Positions 11,936-23,783 of a stretch of DNA of 64,000 bases are shown here, one piece after another. The position numbers and the translations under genes were made by a program. Below the pieces are notes generated by a model. That model had not been told where the DNA came from. It saw only the letters and a program-made list of their open reading frames with translations, and searched no databases. Within the stretch, counting starts at the first letter, position 1, and each line of letters starts with the position of its first letter. The stretch is from Rhynchobatus australiae. Its lineage: Eukaryota. The DNA is taken from positions 38,944,292 through 39,008,291 of the forward strand of contig JAUZTB010000076.1 in assembly GCA_034780895.1 (NCBI GenBank), given 5' to 3'.

Positions 11936-14900
11936 ACCAGCCAGAGGTCATGGTACATAACGGTACCAATGACATAGGTAGGAAAAGAGATGAGGTCTTG
12001 AAGAGGGGATATAGGGAGTTAGGTAGGAAGCTGAAAAGCAGGACCTCAAGGATAGTAATCTCTGGATTGCTGTCTGTGCAACATTCCAGTGAGGGTAAGA
12101 ATAGGTTGATTTGGCAGATGAATGCAAGGCTGAGAAATTGGTGCAGCGGGCAGGGTTTCAGATTTATTGATCATTGGGATCTCTCCTGGGAAGGTATAAC
12201 CTGCACAAAAGGGATGGGTTACACCGGAACTAGAAGGGGACCAATACTCTTGCGAGCAGGTTTGCTAGATCTGTTGGGGAGGGTTTAAACTAGTTTGGCA
12301 GAGGGATGGGAACCAGAGTGATAGGTCAGAGCTTGGTTCATTTACCATACAAGTAGATGCAGAGTATAGAAAGACTGGTGAGGAAGGATAGGCAGTTGAA
12401 AGGGCAAAATTGCAGTCAGTTGGATGGGCTGAAGTGTGTGTACTTTAATGCGAGAAGTATCAGGAACAAGGGTGATGAACTTAGAGCGTGGGTAAGTATG
12501 TGGAACTGTGATGTGGTGGCCATTACAGAGATTTCGATGTCGCAAGGGCAGGAATGGCTACTGGATATTCCGGGGTTTAGATGTTTCAAAAGGGACAGAG
12601 GTGGAGGTAAAAGAGGTGGGGAGTGGCTTTGCAGATCAGGGAGTGTCACAGCTGTAGAGAGAGAGAGGGCATTCTGGAGGGATCATCCACTGAGGCAGTG
12701 TGGGTGGAAGTCAGAAACAGGAAGGGAGTGATCACTCTATTGGAGTATTCTACAAATCCCCCCAGTAGCAGCAGAGACACTGAGGAGAAGATCAGGAAGA
12801 AGATTTTGGAGAGGTGCAAAAATAACAGGGTTGTTGATTTCAACTTCCCTAATGTTGATTGGCACCTCCGTAGAGTAAAGGCGATAGATGGGATGGAGTT
12901 TGTTAGATGTGTCCAGGAAGGATTCCCGACACAATAAGTAGACAGGCTGGCTAGAGGAGAGGCCATACTGGACCTGGTACTAGGCAATGAGCCTGATCAG
13001 GTTTCAGATCTCTTGGTGGGAGAGCATTTTGAAGACAGTGACCATAACTCCTTGACCTTTACCATAGCCTTGGAGAGGGATAGGAGCAGACTATAAGGAA
13101 AAGTATTTAACTGGAGGAGGAGGAATTATGATGCTATTAGGCAGGAATTTGGGAGCGTAAATTGGGAACAGATGTTCTTGGGGAAGTGCACAGCTGAAAT
13201 GTGGAGATTGTTTAAGGAATACTTGCATGAGGCTCTGGATAGGTTTGTCCCATTGAGGCTGGGCAAGGATAGTAGAGTGAAGGAACCATGATTGAGGTTT
13301 AGAAAGCATGGATCAGACAGGGCTCTGGAGAGTCACAAGGTAGCCAGGAGGGAGCTCAAGAATGGACTTAGAGCTAGAAGGGGGCATGAGAAGGCCTTAG
13401 CGAGTAGGATCAAGGAAACCCCCAAGGTGTTCTACACATATGTGAAGAATAGGAGGATGACGAAAGTTAGGGTAGGACCAATCAGGGATAAAAGAGGAAA
13501 CATGTGCCTAGAGTTGGTAGAGGTAGGGGAGGTCCTTAATGAATGCTTTGCTTTGGCATTCACCAGTGAGAGAGACCTTAATGTTTGTGAGGATGGCGTA
13601 CGACAGGCTGATACGCTAGGGCATGTCAATGAGGAACGAGTGTGTGCTGGAACTTTTGGAAAAACATTAGGATAGATAAGTTACCTGGGCCAGATGGGAT
13701 ATATCCAAGGTTATTACGGGAAGTGAGCGAAGGGATTGCTGCACCTTTAGCGATGATTTTTGCATCTTCCCTAGCCACAGGAGCAGTGCCAGATGATTGG
13801 AGGGTGGCAAATGTTGTTCCTTTCTTTAAGAAAGGGAGTAGGGATAACCCTGGGAATTACAGACCAGTGCGTCTTACTTCAGGTGGTGGGCAAATTACTG
13901 GAGAAGATTCTTAGAGACAGGATTTATGGGCATTTGCAGAAGCAAAGGCTGATTAGGGACAGTCAGCATGGCTTTGTGAGGGGCAGGTCATGCCTCATGA
14001 GCCTGATTGTGCTTTGTCACATCCTCAAAGAATTCATTGATGAAGATAGAGCAGTGGATGTGATGTACATGGATTATAGTAAGGCGTTTGATATGGAAGC
14101 TCATTCAGAAAGTCAGGAGGCATGGGATCCAGGAAAGCTTAGCTTGTGGATTCACAATTGGCTCGCCCATAGAAGACAGAGGGTGGTTGTAGATGGAGCA
14201 TGTTCTGCCTGGAGGTCGGTGATCAATGGTGTTCCACAGGGATCTGTTCTGGGACCCCTGCTCTTTGTGATTTTTATAAGNNNNNNNNNNNNNNNNNNNN
14301 NNNNNNNNNNNNNNNNNNNNNNNNNNNNNNNNNNNNNNNNNNNNNNNNNNNNNNNNNNNNNNNNNNNNNNNNNNNNNNNNNNNNNNNNNNNNNNNNNNNN
14401 NNNNNNNNNNNNNNNNNNNNNNNNNNNNNNNNNNNNNNNNNNNNNNNNNNNNNNNNNNNNNNNNNNNNNNNNNNNNNNNNNNNNNNNNNNNNNNNNNNNN
14501 NNNNNNNNNNNNNNNNNNNNNNNNNNNNNNNNNNNNNNNNNNNNNNNNNNNNNNNNNNNNNNNNNNNNNNNNNNNNNNNNNNNNNNNNNNNNNNNNNNNN
14601 NNNNNNNNNNNNNNNNNNNNNNNNNNNNNNNNNNNNNNNNNNNNNNNNNNNNNNNNNNNNNNNNNNNNNNNNNNNNNNNNNNNNNNNNNNNNNNNNNNNN
14701 NNNNNNNNNNNNNNNNNNNNNNNNNNNNNNNNNNNNNNNNNNNNNNNNNNNNNNNNNNNNNNNNNNNNNNNNNNNNNNNNNNNNNNNNNNNNNNNNNNNN
14801 NNNNNNNNNNNNNNNNNNNNNNNNNNNNNNNNNNNNNNNNNNNNNNNNNNNNNNNNNNNNNNNNNNNNNNNNNNNNNNNNNNNNNNNNNNNNNNNNNNNN

Positions 14901-15276
14901 NNNNNNNNNNNNNNNNNNNNNNNNNNNNNNNNNNNNNNNNNNNNNNNNNNNNNNNNNNNNNACTTTTTCCCAGGGCAACAATGGCTAACATGAGGGGACA
15001 TAATTTTAAGGTGATTGGAGGAAGGTATAAGGGGGATGCAAGGGGTAAGTTTTTCTTTTACACTGACAGTGGTGGGTGTGTGGAACGCACTGCTGGCAGA
15101 GATGGTGGAGGCAGATACATTAGGGACATTTAAGAGACTCTTAAATAGACATACGAATGATAGAAAAATAGGGGGCTATGTGGGATGGAAGGGTTAGATA
15201 GATCTTAGAGCAGGATAAAATGTTGGCACAACATTGTGGGCCAAAGGGCCTGTAGGTGTGCTGTAGTGTTCTATGA
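11936..15276 (+). mobile_element. CR1 LINE, near-complete but inactivated: ORF1 SGNH-esterase C-terminal part, ORF2 APE endonuclease + RT, 3' tail (gap at 14281-14961)
   Basis: QPEVMVHNGTNDIG (GxND), LKCVYFNARSIRNKGDEL...VAITE, DFNFPNVDW, PGPDGIYPRLLRE, NYRPV, SQHGFVRGRSCL, YMDYSKAFD, GVPQGSVLGPLLF; ends gggccaaagggcctgt...tgttctatg. Multiple stops and frameshifts. Confidence 0.95.
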
Positions 15277-15564
15277 AACGACTTCTGAATAAGGAGAAAG
15301 TATTTTTCTAGAGATGAAAGATCATAACTTTAAAATTGTCATTCAGCGTAGGCTAAATATCTAGTGATGTTTCTTTATATGGCATGAGAATTTTACATCA
15401 ACTATTTAATCTCTTTTTTTAAAATGCAGATTTACTGGTCTTCACCAATTCTGAAATTAAAGTCAAGTGATAAATGTGGTGATAATGTTGTAATTAAAAC
15501 AATATGTATTGCACTTCATTACTGAACAAAGCATTAATGATCCTCCTTTTTCATTTTCTTCTAG

Positions 15565-15599
15565 ATTTTCATTAGAGTCCAGAAAGGAAGCAGGAAACA
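15565..15599 (+). CDS. Candidate coding micro-exon 3 (IFIRVQKGSRK(H))
   Basis: Strong acceptor tcctcctttttcattttcttctag with an upstream ttaat branch-like motif; donor ACA|GTAATT. 35 nt, phase 0 to 2, joins the 23666 exon as ca|c=His. Confidence 0.55.
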
Positions 15600-15682
15600 G
15601 TAATTGGCAGTTATTTTAACATGAGAACCTATAATAAGAGCTGGCAAAACAATTTCAATCATATGGAATTGATACTGACTAA

Positions 15683-16082
15683 CCACCACCCACCCACCAT
15701 GCTTCTTCTCTTCTTCCCTTTCCTAGCCTCTTTTTTTCTACCTTTTGTTTCCTATCTCCCCTTACTTTTGACCCATCCCCCAGTGGATCTGCTCTCCCCT
15801 CCTCCTCTCCTGCACCTGCCTATCACCATTTCTTACCAGTATCTACCTATCACCACCCTGTGCCCACCCCACCTCCTCTCTTTTGTCCACCTATCACTGC
15901 ACTGCTTTTCCCTCCTACATATTGGGCTTCCCCTTTTCCTATCTTCAGTCCTGAAGGAGGGTCCTGACCCAAAACATTGACCGCCTGCTTTTCTCCACGG
16001 GTGCTGCCTGGCCTGCTGAGTTCCTTCAGCATCAGTGTGTTTTTCATCTAGATTCCAGTATCTGCGGTCCTTTGTTTCCCTG
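15683..16082 (+). mobile_element. Penelope-like terminal-repeat fragment with decayed hammerhead (15946-15983)
   Basis: Pyrimidine-rich body, cagtc-CTGAAGG-a-gggtcctgaccc-AAAAC-att-gaccg, then gctgcctggcctgctgagttccttcagca. Confidence 0.8.
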
Positions 16083-17748
16083 GTTTCATTGACTGTTAAC
16101 AATTGCTTAATCTGTTGTTTGTAATGTAAAGTGTGGTAAAACCTAAATAATAACCATATTTCAGTAACCAGTTCAAATCCATGCACATGAAGAATTGAAT
16201 CATGACTAGAAGTACAGACAAGAGTAGGTAATTTCAGGCAAATTTCAAGAACTTCTTTTAGCCTTTCAACTGAGCTCCAGCACAAGGCCCNNNNNNNNNN
16301 NNNNNNNNNNNNNNNNNNNNNNNNNNNNNNNNNNNNNNNNNNNNNNNNNNNNNNNNNNNNNNNNNNNNNNNNNNNNNNNNNNNNNNNNNNGTAGGTAATT
16401 TCAGGCAAATTTCAAGAACTTCTTTTAGCCTTTCAACTGAGCTCCAGCACAAGGCCCACCTGTCAGTATACAGTAACTTGCTGAGAAAGTGCAAGCAAGG
16501 CTGGTGTCTCACAAGGTTTCTCTCTTCTAACTGCCCCAAGAATAGATTCATCCATTTCATGAGCTGATGCCTGTGCTAGGAGGTTGAAATTGCTCTGTGC
16601 TTCATTACCTTGTTAAAATTGTTTTAAAAATAATATGGTTGCCTTGTAATCTCATTAGGACATGCTGCTGAAACCTACCCAGAAGGAAACCACTCAAATT
16701 GTATCCTGGACATAAATTTTATAGAAACACCAGCTGTAACTCAGTTGTATTTATCTTGCCATGACACATGGTTATGAAAATAATTACGTTAGCTACTGCC
16801 TACGTAATTAACACAGATACTTCTTTCTGCTATCTATAAGAAACATATCTTTTCTTCTGGTACGTACTCAAGTGCAGTCGTGCCTGGCTAGTTTGTTTGA
16901 ATGTATTTCTTTTTTTAAATTAGACCTCTAATATTTTATTGCCTATGAATATAGTGACTAACAGCAGGAGGAGAAAATAGAAGTTATTCTGAAGATGTCA
17001 AACAGAAGTTAGGTGAATAGTGAGACAAGGAAGACAGATATAGCTTGAATTGTGATGTTCGTTTCAACATTGCTGAAAATTCACCGAAACATTGATGACT
17101 AGTGCTTGCAAACTATAAGTAATAGAGACATAGAAAAATCAATCTGTATTTATTCAGAACCACATAGTAAAATTTGCCCCAAATTTGCACCACTGGCAGG
17201 GGCCTTGCATACGGTGAATGACTTATGGAAAATTCTGGATGCACTGCCTGCAATTTTCCATCCATTGATTTTACATTTCATTAATCTTTTGTTAATGCAC
17301 CAACAATTCTATAAGCCTTCCACTCTATACAAAACCTTACTGATGATGCAAGGTCTCACTAAATCTCTTTCGATGTTTGATCGACTACTTGAAGATTTTC
17401 CATTAATCAAATCAAAAAGCAGATAGGTGGCAACCCCAAGATTAGTCTTACATTGGAAAAAAAATGATTTGCAGTTGGTTCAATGTGTCATTAGTATCTG
17501 ACAATGGATCTGTCAGTTTGATCCAGGAATGAAGAGCTTCTCCTTTAATTCATGGATACATTAATTTTGTTTTCTTCCCTTTTCCTGTTCGCTAGTGTCA
17601 TGGATGTACTAGATACAAAACAGCACAACTAAATAATGAAGCCTTAGAGAACTATCTCTATGCAAACCTATTCAGTAGGCAATTTTAGAATTTGTAATGG
17701 AGAAGAGGATATTGCTTTCTTTTGACAAATTGATACCATGCAAACAAT

Positions 17749-17880
17749 ATACAGATGACCCCTGCATTACAGAGGGGTTGCGTCTCTAGAAAATAGTCTG
17801 CATTGCAATTTTGCGTAACACGAAACTCTATTTCCCATTGAATTTCACATTACAATTGGAGATGAGTTTCTACAGGATGT
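17749..17880 (+). mobile_element. Tigger/pogo-like DNA transposon terminal fragment
   Basis: TA followed by cagatgacccctgcattacagaggggttgcg...gcgtaacacgaaac...tttcccattgaa, resembling Tigger termini. The other end was not found. Confidence 0.4.
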
Positions 17881-18639
17881 ACAATAATGATGAATACTGC
17901 AAGTGCTAGTTCTCAGTGTGAGACCACTGAAGAGATTTGCTTTGGAAACTGACAGCAGCTGCATTTGGAGATAGAAGTGTGTTGATGTTGAACACCTTCC
18001 AGCCTGNNNNNNNNNNNNNNNNNNNNNNNNNNNNNNNNNNNNNNNNNNNNNNNNNNNNNNNNNNNNNNNNNNNNNNNNNNNNNNNNNNNNNNNNNNNNNN
18101 NNNAAACGTGCTGGCCCTGTTTCAGATATAAAGAAGGTAAATAATATGGAAAACTCAAAACTGCGAGACAGAAAAATGAACCTACCACGGCTAAATTAAA
18201 CCTGCCACATTATCTGCACATGCGTCAAGAACACAAGCTGGAAAGAAAAGAAAAATAGACAAAATGTGTTGTTCTGTTCACACTTTGTGTTTATTTATTG
18301 AATTTTTCTCCCACACAAGCTCCATAAGAGCAAATTTAATTCCATAAATTGTACTTTTGGGTAGTGATTTGTGTATTACATATGGGCGAATTTCTGTAAA
18401 CTGAATGGCAGCCACATGGGGGTTGCCTGTACTATTATAGTTAGGCATATTAAAGGCTGTTACCAATTTTTTTTAAAAGAACACCAATGCCCTTTCCTCT
18501 TTCTTTCATTATCATCATTTTCCCCCAGTGGGTATAAATGTTGCTATGAGGAAATGCGTATTCTTGTTGAATGCTAAAATTTGTATCTCTAATTTTGGAA
18601 TGACTTTTTTTTTTGAAAAAAGGCTTTCTCCTTGTGGCC

Positions 18640-18832
18640 ACTTGGATATAGTATATGGGAGCTGCCAGTTCTTGGAGAAATGTTGAGACAAAGACACGAA
18701 CAGCCAGGGGATAGAGGGATACAGACCACGTACAGGCAGATGTGATTAGTTAGAATGGCATCGTGGTCCGTGCAGACATAGAGGGCCAAAGGGTTTGTTC
18801 CTGTGCATTAAAACAGTAGTGTTCTATGTTCA
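18640..18832 (+). mobile_element. CR1 3' tail fragment
   Basis: tggcatcgtggtccgtgcagacatagagggccaaagggtttgttcctgtgc...gttctatgttc, a CR1 3' hairpin plus TTCTATG repeat. Confidence 0.7.
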
Positions 18833-19751
18833 TTCTAAAATGTAAGCAATTGTAATTTGGAGAGGGGAAAAAAAACAAGACAACATCCAAAACAAATTCA
18901 AGAGCTAGAATTCCTCGTGTGGCACTCAACAACCAAAATAACTAACAATTCACAAGAAAAGTCTTGAAAGAAGTGCCGACTATACTATCATTTTCATTGT
19001 TAGATTCAGTTGGTTGCATAGCAAGTCACAGACATTTGCAGAGTGGATGGTTAATACAAGTACCTTCTTTGAGGGGGGGGGGGGNNNNNNNNNNNNNNNN
19101 NNNNNNNNNNNNNNNNNNNNNNNNNNNNNNNNNNNNNNNNNNNNNNNNNNNNNNNNNNNNNNNNNNNNNNNNNNNNNNNNNNNNAGTCACAGACATTTGC
19201 AGATTGGATGGTTAATACAAGTACATTCTTTGAGGGGGGGGGGGGAAAGGGTGCTTTAGTTTGCCCATAATCTACAAATCAGTCAATATATTGAATAAAC
19301 TATTGTTTTAACAGATTATAGATTGGATTTCAATTTTTCTGAAAATAGTTGGATAATGATCCACTACCAAAACTTTAATTCGCCTTAATGTCCAATTCCT
19401 TTAAACATAATTTGTTAGCAGTACTTGTGAAAATAGTCAATCCATTTGCAGTAATAATTAAATAACACTTGGCAAGGATTTAATGAACTATCAAAAATAC
19501 AGAAAAGTAAACAATTCAGTTGTATAGTATATAATTATAATAGAGAATGGCTTAACCACAGAAGAAAAAAATTTTATTATAGTTTCTAAGTACTTCTTAT
19601 GATATTTTCGTGGGAAGGAAAATACCCTATAAATATGCAAGGGGACAATCAAGCATGGAGCATGCTCCCAGAGGGCAAGTACTTTGTAAATGACAAAAAA
19701 CAGTAATACATACTGCATGGAAAATAATAGACCAAATATTATTGAAAAAGA

Positions 19752-22383
19752 ATCATAAGAACTTAAAGAAATAGGAGCAGGAGTAGGCCATCTGGCCCAT
19801 CAAGCCTATTCCGCCATTCAATAAGATCATGGCTGATCTGATCATGGACTCAGCTCCACCAACCTGCCTTTTCCCCATAACTCCAAATTCCCCTGCTATG
19901 CAAAAATCTATCAAATTGCGTCTTATATTTAATGAGGTAGCCTCTACTGATTCCCTGGGCAGAGAATTCCATAGATTCACTACTCTCTGGGAAAAGTTGT
20001 TCCTCCTCATCTCCATCTTAAATCTATTCCCCCGAATCTCGAGGCCATGTCCACTAGTTCTAGTCTCACCTTCCAGTGGAAACAACCTTCCTGCATCTTT
20101 TTTATCTATCCTTTTCATAATTTTATATGTTTCTATAAGATCCCCTCTCATTCTTCTGAATTCCAGCCAGCATAGTCCCAGGCAACTCAATTTCTCCTCA
20201 TGGGCTAACCCCTTCATTTCCAGAATCAACCTGGTGAACCTCTTATGCACTGCCTCCAAAGCCAGTATATCATTCCTCAAGTAACGAGAGCAGAACTATC
20301 TGCAGTACTCCAGGTGCGGCCTCACCAGTACCCTGTGCAGTTGTAGCATAACCTCCCTGCTCTTAAATTCAATCCCCCTAGCAATGAAGGTCAACATTCC
20401 ATCTGCCTTCTTGATAACCTGTTGCACAAGCATTCTCAAGTCCCTCTGCACAACAACATGCTGCAATCTTTCACTATTTAAATAATAATCTGATCTCCTA
20501 ATTTTCCTTCCAACAGTTCCTCACATTTACCAACATTATACTCCATCTGCTAGACTCTTGCCCACTCACTTAACCTGTCTATATCTCACTGCAAACTCTT
20601 TGCATCCTCTACACAATTTGCTTTTCCACTCAATTTAGTGTCACCAGCAAACTTAGATATGCTACAATCGTTCATATATATCATAGTTGTGGGCCCAGCA
20701 CTGACCCCTACAGCATCCCACTCACACTGATTGCCAACCAGAGAAACACCCATTTATCAAACTCTCTGCCTTCAGTTGGTTAACTAATTATTTATCCATG
20801 CTAATACATTACCCCCAATTCCATGCATCCATATCTTATTGATGTCTTTTATGTGGCACCTTATCTAACGCCGCCTGGAAATTCAAGTATACAATGTCCA
20901 CCTGTTCCCCTCTATCCACTGCGCTCATCATATCCTCAAAGAACTCCAGTAAGTTTGCCAAACAGGACCTGCCCTTCCTGAATCCATGCTGCCTCTGCCT
21001 GATGGAACCACTTCTATCCAGATGTCTTGCTATTTCTTCCTTAGTGAAAGCTTTGAGCATTTTTCCAATTACAGACATTAAGCTAACTGGCCTATAGTTA
21101 CCTGTCTTTTGCCTACATCCTTCTTTAAACAGTGGCGTGACATTTGCTGTCTTCCAATCTGCTGGGACCTGTCCAAAGTCCACAGAATTTTGGTAAATTA
21201 TCCCAAACATCTCTACTATAACTTCTGCCATTTCTTTCAGTACCCTGGCATGCATCCTATCAGGACCAGGGGACTTGTCTACCTTTAGGCCCACCAGTTT
21301 GCTCATCACTACCTCTTTAGTGACAGCAATCGTTTTGAGGTCCTTACCTCCAATCATATCCATAACATCTCTCTTTGGCATGTTAGATGTATCTCCACCA
21401 TGAAGACCAACACAAAATAGTCGTCCAAGGCCTTGGCCATTNNNNNNNNNNNNNNNNNNNNNNNNNNNNNNNNNNNNNNNNNNNNNNNNNNNNNNNNNNN
21501 NNNNNNNNNNNNNNNNNNNNNNNNNNNNNNNNNNNNNNNNNNNNNNNNNNNNNNNNNNNNNNNNNNNNNNNNNNNNNNNNNNNNNNNNNNNNNNNNNNNN
21601 NNNNNNNNNNNNNNNNNNNNNNNNNNNNNNNNNNNNNNNNNNNNNNNNNNNNNNNNNNNNNNNNNNNNNNNNNNNNNNNNNNNNNNNNNNNNNNNNNNNN
21701 NNNNNNNNNNNNNNNNNNNNNNNNNNNNNNNNNNNNNNNNNNNNNNNNNNNNNNNNNNNNNNNNNNNNNNNNNNNNNNNNNNNNNNNNNNNNNNNNNNNN
21801 NNNNNNNNNNNNNNNNNNNNNNNNNNNNNNNNNNNNNNNNNNNNNNNNNNNNNNNNNNNNNNNNNNNNNNNNNNNNNNNNNNNNNNNNNNNNNNNNNNNN
21901 NNNNNNNNNNNNNNNNNNNNNNNNNNNNNNNNNNNNNNNNNNNNNNNNNNNNNNNNNNNNNNNNNNNNNNNNNNNNNNNNNNNNNNNNNNNNNNNNNNNN
22001 NNNNNNNNNNNNNNNNNNNNNNNNNNNNNNNNNNNNNNNNNNNNNNNNNNNNNNNNNNNNNNNNNNNNNNNNNNNNNNNNNNNNNNNNNNNNNNNNTATC
22101 ATGGATGCATTCTATGAAGTCCTCCTCAAGACTGCCTCAACCAACTTGATTTGCCCAATCTATGTGGAAGTTAAATTCACCCATGACAACTGCCTTTCCA
22201 TTCTTTCATGCATCGAATATTTCTTGGTTTATTGCCTGCGCTACGGTAATGTTATTATTCGGTGGCCTATAGACAACTCCCACCAGTGATTTTTTTCCCT
22301 TTACTATTCCTAATCTCTACCCAGATGGACTCAACATTCGGCTCCTTAGATTTTATATAGTCTTTCACCATCGCCCTGATCAG
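19752..22383 (-). mobile_element. CR1 LINE (different subfamily from 11936), 5'-truncated ORF2 with APE end, RT and 3' tail (gap 21442-22095)
   Basis: KSPGPDRMHARVLKE, GNYRPVSL, QHGFRKGRSCL, VDIVYLNFQAALDKVPH, ALEAVHKRFTRLI, RRMRGDLIETYKI, QRVVNLWNSLP; tail tcataagaac..aggagcaggagtaggcc. Confidence 0.95.
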
Positions 22384-22404
22384 CTGATAATGGTACAGTA
22401 ATGT

Positions 22405-22690
22405 AGAATACAGAGTCATACAGCATGGAAACAGGCCCTTCGGCCCACTAAGTCCACACTGGCCATCAAGTACACATTTACACTAATCCCATTTTATTCT
22501 CCTTTATTTCCCATCAACTGCCTTCAGATCCTACCACTCGCCCACACACCAGGGACAAGTTCCCAACTCGCACGTCTTTGGGAATGAGGAGGAAACCAGA
22601 GCACCTGGAGGGAACCCACATGATTATAGGGAAAATGTGTAACTACTGGGAGGTCAGGATGTTCTGCCTAGTTGCACTACTCTGCGCCCA
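22405..22690 (-). mobile_element. V-SINE/HE1-type SINE, degraded
   Basis: CR1-derived tail (ggaaacaggcccttcggcccac) and V-domain (gtctttggga..ggaggaaaccagagcacctggagggaacccac). Confidence 0.75.
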
Positions 22691-22997
22691 AGTATACTGA
22701 AGTTATTCAAAGTGCAAGTCTTAAATGGCATTATGGAGGAAAGCACCAAGGGAGTGAAAGCAGCTTGCAATACACGTGGCTATTCAGTCCATCTTATCTG
22801 CTAGAACTTTTCATCTTAACTACCCGACTACTCTGCCCTCTTCTGGTAGNNNNNNNNNNNNNNNNNNNNNCAACTTTTCCTTAAGTCATCTCCAAAGTTC
22901 TCTCCCACTCCAAGTAAACATATTTAAATATGATCTTTACCCACTGGAAAGAAGTTTCTTCTTATTCATAAAGACTCCTTATGGACTCTCAATATAT

Positions 22998-23048
22998 TTC
23001 ATCATAATATTAATATAGTTCATCATAATATTAATATAGTTCATCATA
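22998..23048. repeat. 21-bp tandem repeat, ~2.4 copies
   Basis: Unit TTCATCATAATATTAATATAG repeated exactly. Confidence 0.9.
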
Positions 23049-23665
23049 CATTCCTGCTTTCTGAAAATATTTTAAGTATCTTAAATTTCTTGTAATGTTA
23101 GTTTTCTGTTCCAGACAGCACATTGTGTAATCTATGCCACATGCTCTTTCCGACTTTGATTGTCTTTACATATATTTGGTTTTGAAACTACAAGCCATAC
23201 TCCGAGACCTTAATGCTTTGTATAAATTCATCAATTATTTTTCAAGCTCTGGTGACTTTCCACATGTATTGTTTTATCCACCTGCAGGTGCATTTAAAGA
23301 AAACGTATATGAACTTCAGTTCCTTCATTTTTTCCCCACCCAGATGTATTTTATTATAATTAGCCAAAAATTCACATTTCTACTTCCTGCTTGCTTACTG
23401 GACAGTTGTCCTCAAGTCTGCCATTTCAATGTGCCATCAGCAAATTGGGATTTTGTCGTCTACACTCAGTTTCAGAATCACCCATGCAATGCATGTACAG
23501 TTCAATCATCCCTCAGCTTCTTGTCTATGAACCAACTTTCTCTTCATCTTTCTACATTTCCTCACATTTTATGGACAAATTTTTCAAACAAATCTTAAAA
23601 ATCCTTTTCAATGTATGTAGTTGCCAGGCAGATATACTGTAATTCTTTGTACTACACGATTTTAG

Positions 23666-23783
23666 CCTTGGACTAAATCTGAATGGCAGCAGCCATTCCC
23701 TGTGCACATGCTGTACCCTGCATGGAGGAGGTCATTGCCATAGTCACTCCGTCTTCCAGAGGAGGAAGACGACCGGATGCAAA
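23666..23783 (+). CDS. Candidate coding exon 4 (LGLNLNGSSHSLCTCCTLHGGGHCHSHSVFQRRKTTGCK)
   Basis: GC-rich unique block whose edges coincide with acceptor ttttag and donor AAA|GTATGA. 118 nt, phase 2 to 0, with GC-rich third positions and retained CpGs. Confidence 0.75.

Noticed and set aside
13793-15133. Long ORFs in the supplied track spanning N runs (also 10753, 21383, 47341, 51462, 59839 and others)
   Set aside because: Their length comes from X residues across gaps; the informative parts are CR1 debris or noise.
16224-16457. 67-bp direct repeat separated by 100 N
   Set aside because: Identical sequence on both sides of a standard-size gap indicates unmerged overlapping contig ends, not a biological repeat or CRISPR-like unit.
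16781-16810. 9-bp perfect inverted repeat TAATTACGT/ACGTAATTA
   Set aside because: Too short and AT-rich to be distinguished from chance in 64 kb.
17917-18136. Possible exon spanning the 18007-18103 gap (ctcag acceptor, AAG|GTAAAT donor)
   Set aside because: Stops occur in all three frames after the acceptor, and the frame needed to join exon 4 contains TAA.
19024-19246. ~60-bp near-identical direct repeat ending in poly-G across a 100-N gap
   Set aside because: Assembly overlap at a homopolymer; the two base differences are best explained as alleles or sequencing error.
15565-23690. PDZ-like start (IFIRVQK…LGLNLNG) in the spliced peptide
   Set aside because: Downstream residues do not continue a PDZ beta-strand/helix pattern; the resemblance is probably coincidental.
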